Below, piece after piece: positions 20,101 through 29,510 of a stretch of 64,000 nt of DNA. The notes beneath the pieces were generated by a model. The model ran no database searches. It was not told the origin of the DNA and worked only from the letters and a program-made list of their open reading frames with translations. Both the position numbers and the translations under genes were made by a program. The stretch is taken from the NCBI GenBank assembly GCA_021773635.1, contig JAJFJV010000005.1, forward strand, positions 7,645 through 71,644. Direction: 5' to 3'. Each line of letters opens with the position of its first letter. Positions within the stretch are counted from its first letter, which is position 1. This DNA comes from Gammaproteobacteria bacterium (GTDB taxonomy: Bacteria > Pseudomonadota > Gammaproteobacteria > HK1).

Positions 20101-22051
20101 AGTGGGCATTGGCGATATGGCCGGGGATGTTTTCGGCAATGGCATGTTGCGGTCTCCCCATACCAAACTGGTGGCAGCCTTTAATCACCTGAGTATCTTT
20201 TTCGATCCGGACCCTGATCCGAAGCGTGCTTATGCCGAGCGCGAGCGTCTTTTCAATCTGCCTCGTTCCGGTTGGGATGATTACAACACCTCCCTGATTT
20301 CAGCCGGCGGCGGGGTTTTCTCCCGGTCCGCGAAGTCGATCAAACTGTCGCCAGAGGTGCAGAAGGTGCTGGACGTGGAGGAGACGACGTTCACACCCAA
20401 TGCCTTGATCCGGGAGATTCTCAAGGCCCCGGTGGATTTGCTGTGGAACGGGGGTATTGGCACCTATGTCAAGGCGAGCAGTGAGAACGACGGTGAAGTG
20501 GGTGACCGTGCCAACGACAGTGTGCGGATTGATGGCAAGGATCTGCGCTGCAAGGTGGTGGGTGAGGGTGGCAATCTCGGTTTTACCCAGCGCGGGCGGA
20601 TTGAGTATTCCCTTAACGGTGGGCGAATTATTACCGACTCCATCGACAATTCCGCCGGGGTGGATTGCTCGGATCACGAGGTCAATATCAAGATTCTGCT
20701 TAACGCCATCGTGGCCAAGGGAGAATTGACCGAAAAGCAGCGCAACCGATTGCTGGCAGAGATGACTGACGAGGTGGGCGTATTGGTATTACGCCACAAT
20801 TATCTGCAAAACCAGGCCCTGAGTATCGCCACCGGGCAGGCATTGCCGATGGCCGATGTGCATTTACGTCTGATGCAGTGGCTGGAACGTGAAGGCGGCT
20901 TGCGCCGTGATCTGGAATTTCTCCCCGGGCGTGAGGAGTTGGCCGATCGGGCCGTGAGTGGTGCAGGGCTAAGCCCGCCGGAGCTGTCGCTGATTTTTGC
21001 CTACTACAAGAACGTCTTGTCCCATGCCCTGTTGCAATCAAATTTACCGGAGGATCCCTTTTTCTTTCGCGAGCTGGAGTATTACTTTCCGGTACCGCTA
21101 CGAGAGCGCTATCGCGATGAGATGCCCGCGCATCGTTTGTGGCGAGAAATTATCTGTACGGTGGTGGCCAACGGTATGGTCAATCGTGCCGGCATGACCT
21201 TTGCGTTTCGACTCGGTGAGGAGACCGGTGCCTCGCACTCGGATATAGCCCGGGCCTTTATGGCGGCGCGTGAAATTTTTGGCATGCGGGACTTCTGGAG
21301 CACGGTGGATGCTCTCGATAACAAGGTCCCTGCCAGTGTCCAGAAGCAGTTGTTACTGGAGGGGCGGAAGCTGGTGGAACGGGGCGCACGCTGGCTGTTA
21401 CGCAATCGCCCGATGCCACTGGATGTAGCTGCCAGCATTGCCTGCTTCTCGCAGGGAGCCAAAACCCTGGAAGGCCTGTTGGGAGCATTGGTTCCGGGCT
21501 TGGCCGAGGGAGAGCTATGGGAGTCCCTGCATCACTACGATGTACTTGAAGGGCTCATACCGCGGGTGGCGGGTTTTGACCATCTATTCAGTGCGCTGGG
21601 GATTGTCGAAGTGGCCAGCAGCAGTGGCCGCAGTGTGGAGGACGTGGCGCGGGTTCACTTCCAGCTCGGTGCCCGGCTTGAGCTTGACTGGTTGCGTACC
21701 GGCATAGTGGCACTGCCTCGGGATAATCGCTGGCAGGCGTTGGCACGGGCTGCTCTGCACGATGAGCACTACGCACAGCATAGTGCTCTGACCGCCAGCG
21801 TTCTGGCAATGTCCGGGAAGTCTGTTGCACCGAAGACGCGTATCGATCGCTGGTTGGCTGCAAATGGCCATGTTGCGGGTCGATATCAGCAGGTTGTGGC
21901 AGATCTGATGCTCGGTTCCACCCCCGATTTTTCCATGTTGTCCGTGGCCATGGGTGAGTTACGGAACCTGCGCCATTGTGGCGCTACGCAGGGGGTGAAA
22001 GCCGAAGACAAGGCGGAAGCACCTAAAAGGCGGGGGCGGAAAAAAGCCTAG
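17156..22051 (+). CDS. gdhB: NAD-specific glutamate dehydrogenase, large (about 180 kDa) type
   Basis: The 1631-aa ORF has the catalytic core [39 protein letters not shown] and the dinucleotide-fold region [17 protein letters not shown]. The length and layout are typical of the giant GDH family. Confidence 0.92.
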   Translation: [1631 protein letters not shown]

Positions 22052-22092
22052 TCTGAAGGCGCCTGAATCAAACCGTCTCCCGCGAGGGGTGT

Positions 22093-22620
22093 TTACTTGA
22101 GCGGTGCGAGCATGGCATCGAGATTCAGGGCATCGCAAAAGTCCATGAATTCGCCCCGCAGGGTGGAAATGGCGTTATCGGCCGGGACGCCTACGGTCAT
22201 GTGGAGAGAGAACATCGTGGTCCCGGTGTGCGGTGCCGGGTAGATGCTGGTGTAGAGATCCTCCACGTTGATACTGCGCTTGGAAAAAAATTCCGCTACC
22301 TCGTGGACGATACCCGGGTGATCCATGGCCACCACCTCCACGCCGTAGGGGATGATATGCCCGGTTCCAGTGCGGGCTTCCGTGCGGCGACTCTGAATAG
22401 TGAGTTCCAGCTCTTCCCCGAGGCGCGGCAGGGATTGCTCGATCTTGGCGATGGAGTTCCAATTCCCGCTGAGTAACGAGATCATGGCGAACTCGCCGCC
22501 CAGAACGGTCATGCGACTGTCATGGATGCTACAGCCACAATCCATCACGGCGGCAGAAAGTGCGTTAATAATGCCTGGATGGTCGCGGCCAAGCACCGAA
22601 ACAACAAGAAAGGTTTCCAT
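22093..22620 (-). CDS. gcvR: glycine cleavage system transcriptional repressor (two ACT domains)
   Basis: VVSVLGRDHPGIINALSAAVMDCGCSIHDSRMTVLGGEFAMISLLSGNWNSI parallels the E. coli GcvR N-terminus. It is divergent from dapA, as in E. coli. Confidence 0.85.
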   Translation of the reverse strand: METFLVVSVLGRDHPGIINALSAAVMDCGCSIHDSRMTVLGGEFAMISLLSGNWNSIAKIEQSLPRLGEELELTIQSRRTEARTGTGHIIPYGVEVVAMDHPGIVHEVAEFFSKRSINVEDLYTSIYPAPHTGTTMFSLHMTVGVPADNAISTLRGEFMDFCDALNLDAMLAPLK

Positions 22621-22854
22621 CTTCTGGGGAGCCTCTGGCTTATTCGTTAACCCGTATCGTGCACCCAGAATAAATCAGCGGCACTTCAAGTGATAGCAGC
22701 TCCGGGTGATCGAAGGCGGGCTTTCGGCCGAGGGTTAAATTGATCGGGCTGGCAGATGGATACATTTGCCAAGTGCAGGGCACGCAAGTAGCATTCCCGC
22801 CCTGCTGGCGGGTACTTGAGGGACCCGCCATATTTCAGATTTTCGGGAGTCGTC

Positions 22855-23727
22855 ATGTTTAAAGGCAGTATGGTCGCATTGGTAACGCCTATGGAGGCGG
22901 ACGGTACGGTGGACCACGGCGCTTTGGAGCGTTTGGTCGAGTTTCACATTGAAGCGGGAACGGATGCCATCATTGCGGTCGGTACGACGGGAGAGTCTGC
23001 CACTCTGGACGAGTCCGAGCACTGTGCCGTGATCGAGCGGGTCATCAAGCGGGTGAAGGGGCGGATTCCCGTGATTGCCGGCACCGGTGCTAATGCCACT
23101 CGTGAGGCGCTGGCACTGACCCGGCGGGCCGCGGAGTTGGGGGCGGACGGTTGTCTGCTGGTGACACCCTACTACAACAAGCCGACCCAGGAAGGTTTGT
23201 ACCAGCATTACAAAACTATTGCCGACGCAGTCCAAATCCCCCAGATCCTGTATAACGTTCCGGGACGCACGGCCTGTGATATGCAGCCCGAGACAGTGGA
23301 GCGACTTGCCGGGGTAGACAATATAGTGGCCATCAAGGAGGCCTCCGGTGAGGTCTCCCGGGTTGGCGAGATCATCGCGCGCTGCGGCAAGGATTTCGCG
23401 GTGTTTAGTGGCGATGATGGTCTGGCGCTGGATGCCATGGTGGCGGGTGCGCGGGGGGTGATCTCCGTCACCGCCAATATCGTTCCGGATTTGATGTACG
23501 AGATGTGTGCGCTGGCGCTTGCGGGTGACGAAGCCGGCGCACGCAAGGCAGACAGCCGGTTGAGGGCCCTGCACGCCGCGCTTTTCCTCGAATCCAACCC
23601 GATCCCCGCGAAGTGGTTGCTGAGTGATATGGATATGATTCCACCGGGAATTCGCCTGCCCCTGACCCCATTGGCTGCGGAATATCATGGGGAATTGCGA
23701 GCGGCGCTGGATCAGGCGCGCGTATGA
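22855..23727 (+). CDS. dapA: 4-hydroxy-tetrahydrodipicolinate synthase
   Basis: MFKGSMVALVTPM...GTTGESATL...TPYYNKPTQEGLYQHY...YNVPGRT...AIKEASG. The ATG at 22855 is chosen. Confidence 0.95.
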   Translation: MFKGSMVALVTPMEADGTVDHGALERLVEFHIEAGTDAIIAVGTTGESATLDESEHCAVIERVIKRVKGRIPVIAGTGANATREALALTRRAAELGADGCLLVTPYYNKPTQEGLYQHYKTIADAVQIPQILYNVPGRTACDMQPETVERLAGVDNIVAIKEASGEVSRVGEIIARCGKDFAVFSGDDGLALDAMVAGARGVISVTANIVPDLMYEMCALALAGDEAGARKADSRLRALHAALFLESNPIPAKWLLSDMDMIPPGIRLPLTPLAAEYHGELRAALDQARV

Positions 23728-24872
23728 ATCTGGTCATGACAATAAAACACCGGTTTACCCTCGTTTTCGTGGCAGTTTTTGCTACGGGTTGCAGCGGCGG
23801 TTTACAGCAGACTATCGAGGAGCACTTGCCGAGCGCGGATACCCAGTATCAAAGTAGCCGTAGCCTGCCCCCGCTGGAGATCCCGCCGGATCTCAGCAGT
23901 GCAACCATCAAGGATGGAGCGGTGGTCCGCCAGGCAGATGCCTCCGGCTCCATGAGCTATTCCGACTATGCTGGCAAGGGGCAGGAAAAAAAGGCTGGCG
24001 AGCGGCGTGGTGTGGTGTTGCCGGCACTGGACAAGGTGCGGGTTGAGCGCAGTGGCGACAAGCGCTGGCTGGTGATCGAGGCGAGCGCCGATGCAGTGTG
24101 GCCACGGGCACACGATTTCTGGCTCGAAAACGGCTTTCTCATCAAGAGTGCGGAGCCGGCCATTGGTATCCTCGAAACTGACTGGGCGGAAAAACGCGAA
24201 AGCCACCCCACCGGTTTTATCCAGGGGATGTTGAGCAAGCTCTCAAAGCAAGTCTATTCCTTTGCCGTGCGGGACAAGTTCCGGGTGCGCCTTGAGCGTG
24301 GGGCCCTTGAGGGGACTACCGAGCTATTCATCTCCCATCAGCGTGTAGAGGAAGAGGCGGTCAAGGACGACATCATGTGGAAAACCTCGCCGGCCGATCC
24401 GGAGCTGGAGGCGGAGATGCTTAACCGCATGCTGGTGTACTTCGGCGTTGGTCAGGAAAAGGTAGTGGAGATCATGGCCGCCACCGCCAGCCGCGCCCCG
24501 CGCGCTCATTTGCTAAAGGACGAGCAGGGCAGCACGGTGCTCTCCTTGCGTGAGGGTTTTTCCCGTGCCTGGCGACGTACCGGACTGGCGCTGGATCGGG
24601 TTGGTTTCACGGTGCAGGATCGGGACCGCTCCCGGGGACTCTATTTTGTTCGTTATGTAGATCCGTTGGCGACAGAAAAGAAGAAAAAGAGCTTTTTTGG
24701 AAAGATGAAGTTTTGGGGCAAGGACAAGCAGCCCAAGAAGACTGAATACTTCATCAGCCTGGTGGGCGAACAGGCAGCTACCCAGGTGATGGTTCTGGAC
24801 AAGGCGGGTGAACGGGACACGGGTGAAACCGCGGGCCGGATTCTTTCCCTGCTCCACGAACAGCTGAAGTAA
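23724..24872 (+). CDS. bamC: outer-membrane protein assembly factor BamC (NlpB)
   Basis: It has a lipobox (FVAVFATGCSGG) and is translationally coupled to dapA through an ATGA overlap. The size and the dapA-bamC synteny both fit. Confidence 0.8.
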   Translation: MNLVMTIKHRFTLVFVAVFATGCSGGLQQTIEEHLPSADTQYQSSRSLPPLEIPPDLSSATIKDGAVVRQADASGSMSYSDYAGKGQEKKAGERRGVVLPALDKVRVERSGDKRWLVIEASADAVWPRAHDFWLENGFLIKSAEPAIGILETDWAEKRESHPTGFIQGMLSKLSKQVYSFAVRDKFRVRLERGALEGTTELFISHQRVEEEAVKDDIMWKTSPADPELEAEMLNRMLVYFGVGQEKVVEIMAATASRAPRAHLLKDEQGSTVLSLREGFSRAWRRTGLALDRVGFTVQDRDRSRGLYFVRYVDPLATEKKKKSFFGKMKFWGKDKQPKKTEYFISLVGEQAATQVMVLDKAGERDTGETAGRILSLLHEQLK

Positions 24873-24882
24873 GACGTATTTT

Positions 24883-24904
24883 CCCCTCCCGGCTCCGGGA
24901 GGGG
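24883..24904. terminator. GC-rich hairpin between convergent bamC and der (no clear U-tract)
   Basis: CCCCTCCCG-gctc-CGGGAGGGG forms a 9-bp perfect stem in the 48-bp convergent gap. Confidence 0.4.
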
Positions 24905-24920
24905 ACACCCCGGGCAATCC

Positions 24921-26321
24921 TCAGCGTCGACCTTTGACGTGGCGCATCAGGCGTTTGCGTTTTTGTTGCTGGCGCGGGGTGAGGATGTTTTTTCGGCCCT
25001 GATAGGGATTCTTTCCGGTTTTAAACTCGATCTGCAGCGGCGTACCTTTGAGCTTCAGCGCTTTGCTGAAGGCGTGGGACAGGTAGCGTTTATAGCTGTC
25101 AGCCAGCTTTTCCGTCTGACTGCCGTGGACCACGATGATGGGCGGATTACGCCCTCCCTGATGGGCATAACGCAGTTTGGCCCGACGTCCATGAGACAGC
25201 GGTGGCGGATGGGTGGCGACGGCCTTGCTGAGGATACGGTTCAGCTCCGGGGTGGAAAATCCCCGTGACGCCGAATGCCAGGCCTCGCTGACCGAGCGAA
25301 ACAACTGGCCGACCCCGGAGCCCCGAAGGGCCGAAATAAAGTGGATGGTGGCGAAATCGATAAAACGCAATTTGCGTTCGAGGCCGTCGCGCACGCGTTC
25401 CCGCTGATCGGGGTCAAGGTCGTCCCACTTGTTAACCGCGATCACGAGCGCACGCCCCGACTGCAAGGTGATGCCGAGCAGATGGGCGTCCTGATCGGTA
25501 ATGCCCTCACTGGCGTCGATGAGCAGGATTACAACATTGGATTGGGTGACTGCCTGCAAGGTGCGGACGACGCTGAATTTTTCTGCTTTTCCCTCTACCC
25601 GCGCACGCCGCCGCACCCCGGCGGTATCCACCAGCACATAGGGGATACCACGATGCGCGAACGGAATATAGATGCTGTCCCGAGTGGTGCCTGGCATGTC
25701 GTGCGCCAGCACCCGATCCTCGCCAAGGAGGCGGTTGACCAGGGTGGATTTCCCCACGTTAGGACGTCCGGCCACCGCTACCCGAATACCATCAGGCAGG
25801 CTGTCGTAAGCGGGTACGGTCTCGGGTTCTTGCGGCAGGCGCGCCACGATACTTTCTTTAAGTGGCCCGAAACCGCGTCCATGGGCGGCGGCAACGGCCA
25901 GCGGCAGGCCAAGCCCCAGATCGTGGAATTCAAGTATCGCCGAGGCGGGGTCACGCCCTTCCGTCTTGTTAACCACCACGATGACGGGTTTGCCGCTACG
26001 GCGCAGGCGATCCGCGATTTCCCGATCCGCCGGCATCAGGCCCTCCCGGCCATCCACCAGAAATAGCACCAGGGTTGCTTCGGCGATTGCTGCTTCCGAC
26101 TGCTGGCTTACCAGACGATCGATGAGCGCCTGTTCCTCGGCCAGGCCACCGGTATCCACCAACAGGCAGCTGTGTTCACCGATAGCGGCACAGCCATACT
26201 GGCGGTCGCGAGTCATGCCCGGCACCTCGGCAACCAGGGCATTCTTGCTGCCGGTGAGGCGGTTAAAAAGGGTGGATTTGCCAACATTGGGCCGGCCAAT
26301 GATGGCGATAACGGGCTGCAT
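24921..26321 (-). CDS. der: ribosome-biogenesis GTPase Der (EngA), two GTPase domains
   Basis: There are two P-loops ([14 protein letters not shown] and [14 protein letters not shown]) and a KH-like, basic C-terminus. Confidence 0.95.
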   Translation of the reverse strand: MQPVIAIIGRPNVGKSTLFNRLTGSKNALVAEVPGMTRDRQYGCAAIGEHSCLLVDTGGLAEEQALIDRLVSQQSEAAIAEATLVLFLVDGREGLMPADREIADRLRRSGKPVIVVVNKTEGRDPASAILEFHDLGLGLPLAVAAAHGRGFGPLKESIVARLPQEPETVPAYDSLPDGIRVAVAGRPNVGKSTLVNRLLGEDRVLAHDMPGTTRDSIYIPFAHRGIPYVLVDTAGVRRRARVEGKAEKFSVVRTLQAVTQSNVVILLIDASEGITDQDAHLLGITLQSGRALVIAVNKWDDLDPDQRERVRDGLERKLRFIDFATIHFISALRGSGVGQLFRSVSEAWHSASRGFSTPELNRILSKAVATHPPPLSHGRRAKLRYAHQGGRNPPIIVVHGSQTEKLADSYKRYLSHAFSKALKLKGTPLQIEFKTGKNPYQGRKNILTPRQQQKRKRLMRHVKGRR

Positions 26322-26334
26322 GGAATTTCGCTTG

Positions 26335-27495
26335 TTATTTCATGACGCGCAGGGCGCTGAGGGTACCACTGCGGTCATAGACCAGCAGGAGTTCATTGTG
26401 GCTCATGGGCGGGGCACTGAGCGGACTACGCCCAACCCGGGTGCGGGCGACAAACTGGCCATCGCTTTCGCGCATCCAGTGCAGATAGCCCTCGAAGTCG
26501 CCGCTGACCACCAGGCCGCCAAAGTGAACCGGCGCGGTGAGCATGCGATGGCGCAGGCGTTGCTGGCGCCACAGGGAGGCACTGTTAAAGCGGTCCAGGG
26601 CCCAGACGTGGCTCTCTTCGTCGGTAACGTACAAGACGCGCGGACCAGTTCCAAGACCCGCATGAGAAGACATGTCGCGTTGCCAAAGGACCTTGCCGCT
26701 ATCGATGTCGATGGCCGCAATACGTCCCTGAAAGGTGACCGCGTAAACGGTATCGCCCACGACCATGGGGTCGGAATCAATATCCACCATACGCTCTAGT
26801 TCCGAGCGCCCATGGGGGATGGCAATGCGCGCCTCCCACACGGGGAGGCCATCCTTCAGGGAAATGGCTACCAGACGGCCGCTGTCAAAACCACAGATTG
26901 CCATGCCACGCGCAAGTACCGGGGCGCTGGTGCCGCGCAGGCTAAGCCGCGGCACGGTTCGGTCATAGACCCAAATTTGCTTGCCATCCTTGACCCCAAG
27001 ACCGAAGACCTTGCCATCAACGGTGCGTACCACCACGATGTCGTCGGCGGCACGGGGAGCAGCCAGAACTTCGCTGGAAACCCGTGCCCGCCAGCGCTGT
27101 TTGCCTGTTTTGGCCTCCAGGGCAATGACCTCACCCTCGCGAGTGCCCACCAGTACCAGGCCTTCGCCGGTACCGGGACCACCGGTGACCACCGCTTTGG
27201 TCCCGGTTTCCCACAGGCTTTCCCCGTTTTCCGGATTCAGGGCATAAACGTAGCCCTTTTTACCGACTGCATGAATGCGTCTCTCGTAGACTGTGGGCGT
27301 CAGCCTCAGGCTGACGTTTTTCTTGGCTACTGCACCGAGACTCCGTTGCCAAAGGGTCTCAATTTCCAAGCTTGGTTTAAATTCCGGTAGTGGTGCGGGT
27401 GGCGCCAAATCCTTTTCCCGGCCAAACATCTCGCCAACCTTGGCGCAGCCACTGAGCAGCAGGATGAGGCAGAGGTAGACACTGAGTTGCTTCAT
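26335..27495 (-). CDS. bamB: outer-membrane protein assembly factor BamB (PQQ-like beta-propeller lipoprotein)
   Basis: It has a lipobox (LLLSGCA), repeated W/G propeller blades, and the yfgM-bamB-der synteny. Confidence 0.9.
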   Translation of the reverse strand: MKQLSVYLCLILLLSGCAKVGEMFGREKDLAPPAPLPEFKPSLEIETLWQRSLGAVAKKNVSLRLTPTVYERRIHAVGKKGYVYALNPENGESLWETGTKAVVTGGPGTGEGLVLVGTREGEVIALEAKTGKQRWRARVSSEVLAAPRAADDIVVVRTVDGKVFGLGVKDGKQIWVYDRTVPRLSLRGTSAPVLARGMAICGFDSGRLVAISLKDGLPVWEARIAIPHGRSELERMVDIDSDPMVVGDTVYAVTFQGRIAAIDIDSGKVLWQRDMSSHAGLGTGPRVLYVTDEESHVWALDRFNSASLWRQQRLRHRMLTAPVHFGGLVVSGDFEGYLHWMRESDGQFVARTRVGRSPLSAPPMSHNELLLVYDRSGTLSALRVMK

Positions 27496-28139
27496 GACGC
27501 GGCGATGGCGGCGGGCCCCAGTTCATCAAGCTTCATCTCCAGGCGCCGCCGTGCGGCTCCCGAGGCGGGCACATGGGCGAGGGCGCGAGTGTAGGCACTG
27601 CGGGCGCCATCAATGTCGTTTTGTGCCATCAGGATATCCCCGCGAAGTTCTTCGAAGGCAACCAGAAAGGCCCCGTCCTCGGGTGGCTCCAGAAGCTTCC
27701 GGGCCTCATCGGTTTTTCCAAGGTCAAATTTGACCCGGGCGAGGCGTAATCGCGCTATTTTTTGCAGAGTCTCGCGTGAGCTATTGTCAGCCACCCATTG
27801 GAGATGAGCTACTGAGTCTTCATGGCGCCCTTCCTGGTAGTCATTCCTGGCGAGTAACAAGTGCGCTAACGGTGCGTAGCCCGTATCCGAAAAATCTGTC
27901 AGCAAGTGTTTGCCGTGTTCGCTGACGGCCGCCGCGTCCTTACGTTCCATGGCCGCCAGTAGTTGCTCATAGCGTATAGAAGCGGCCTCGGCCCTTGCGT
28001 GAGTCCGGTCTTGCCACAGGCCCCATCCACCGACGCCCCCAAGGCCGAGTACAAGGCCAAAAATGATCCCGTGGCCGTTGTCTCGCCACCATTTTTTCAG
28101 GGCTTCAACCTGTTGTTCTTCGCTTTCGTAGAGTTCCAC
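27492..28139 (-). CDS. yfgM: YfgM-like membrane-anchored TPR protein
   Basis: It starts MELYESEEQQVEALKKWWRDNG followed by one TM (IIFGLVLGLGGVGGW) and a TPR-like C-terminus. It occupies the conserved position between hisS and bamB. Confidence 0.8.
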   Translation of the reverse strand: MELYESEEQQVEALKKWWRDNGHGIIFGLVLGLGGVGGWGLWQDRTHARAEAASIRYEQLLAAMERKDAAAVSEHGKHLLTDFSDTGYAPLAHLLLARNDYQEGRHEDSVAHLQWVADNSSRETLQKIARLRLARVKFDLGKTDEARKLLEPPEDGAFLVAFEELRGDILMAQNDIDGARSAYTRALAHVPASGAARRRLEMKLDELGPAAIAAS

Positions 28140-28159
28140 TGTGTATTCCCGTATTGGGT

Positions 28160-29425
28160 TTAAAGCATTGTTTGTAGCTGCGCGGCCAGGTTCTCCTGGG
28201 CCACGCCATACTGAGTTTCGCCACTGCGTAGCGGCTTTATTGCAATCTGCCCGGAAGCCATTTCATCCTCGCCGAGTACCAGGGCCATCCGTGCCACGCT
28301 GCGGTCAGCTCGTTTCATCTTGGCCTTGAAGCTACCGGCACCGGCATCGACGATCAAATGCAGTTCGGGTAAGGCATCGCGCAATGCCTCGGCCAGCGGA
28401 TGAGCGGCACGAGCAGCATTTTCGCCTACCGCGACGAGGTAGGCATCCGGGTGGCGGCGATCAATGGGGATATCCGAGTCTTGCAACAGGGCAATAACCC
28501 GCTCGCAGCCGAGCGAAAAACCCACACCGGGAGAAGCCTTGCCGCCGATCTGGGAGACGAGTCCATCGTAACGCCCGCCGCCACATACGGTGCCCTGGGC
28601 CCCGAGGCGATCGGTGATCCACTCGAAGACCGTGTGATTGTAGTAATCCAGGCCACGTACCAGGCGGGAATTGACGGTGAAATCGATGCCCGCAGCGCGC
28701 AGGATTTCGTCTACAGTCTGGAAATGTGTGCGTGATTCCTCGTCCAGATAGTCCATCAGGCTGGGGGCTTTATCCACCAGGGCCTGCATTGCCGGGTTTT
28801 TGCTGTCGAGGATCCGTAATGGATTTGTTTCCAGGCGCCGGCGGCTATCTTCATCCAGCTCGTCAAAGTGATCCCGCAGGTAGGCGACGAGTTCCTTGCG
28901 GTGTGCACCGCGGGCACTGGCCGATCCCAGACTATTTATTTCCAGGCGTAAACCCTCAATACCCAGGCGTTTCCACAAGCGAGCAGTGAGCAGTATCAGC
29001 TCTGCATCTGTTTCCGGTCCGCCCATTCCAAAGGCCTCGGCACCGATCTGGTAAAACTGCCGGTAACGCCCTTTTTGCGGTCGTTCGTGACGGAACATGG
29101 GGCCGGCGTACCAGAGTCGACGGATGGCGTTGAAAAGGAGGCCGTGCTCGATGCCGGCGCGCACGCAACTGGCGGTATATTCCGGGCGCAGGCTCAGGCT
29201 GTCGCCATTGCGATCAGCGAAGCTGTACATCTCTTTTTCAACAATATCGGTGACTTCACCGATGGAACGTGAGAAGAGCTCCGTTTTCTCGAGGATCGGG
29301 GTACGGATTTCCTCGTAGCCGTAGCTTTCAAGTAGGGCGCGGGTGGTTGATTCCAGGTGCTGCCAGAGCGGGGTATCTTGCGGCAGGATGTCGTTCATCC
29401 CGCGAATGGCTTGTATCGCTTTCAT
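28160..29425 (-). CDS. hisS: histidine--tRNA ligase
   Basis: [15 protein letters not shown]...; class II motifs are present ([31 protein letters not shown]). Confidence 0.95.
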   Translation of the reverse strand: MKAIQAIRGMNDILPQDTPLWQHLESTTRALLESYGYEEIRTPILEKTELFSRSIGEVTDIVEKEMYSFADRNGDSLSLRPEYTASCVRAGIEHGLLFNAIRRLWYAGPMFRHERPQKGRYRQFYQIGAEAFGMGGPETDAELILLTARLWKRLGIEGLRLEINSLGSASARGAHRKELVAYLRDHFDELDEDSRRRLETNPLRILDSKNPAMQALVDKAPSLMDYLDEESRTHFQTVDEILRAAGIDFTVNSRLVRGLDYYNHTVFEWITDRLGAQGTVCGGGRYDGLVSQIGGKASPGVGFSLGCERVIALLQDSDIPIDRRHPDAYLVAVGENAARAAHPLAEALRDALPELHLIVDAGAGSFKAKMKRADRSVARMALVLGEDEMASGQIAIKPLRSGETQYGVAQENLAAQLQTML

Positions 29426-29510
29426 GCTCGTGCAGAGATTCCAAATAGGGGTGGAGTCGGTTCAACCAGAAAAAGCCCGGCCTATATCACCATCGGGGCG
29501 ATATGGGGGA

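Noticed and set aside
22621-22854. The 234-bp region upstream of dapA was examined for a lysine riboswitch or leader, including the CCCGCC-ctgct-GGCGGG hairpin near 22797-22813.
   Set aside because: I could not recognise the L-box conserved core. A single 6-bp hairpin is insufficient, and the region also has to house the divergent gcvR promoter.
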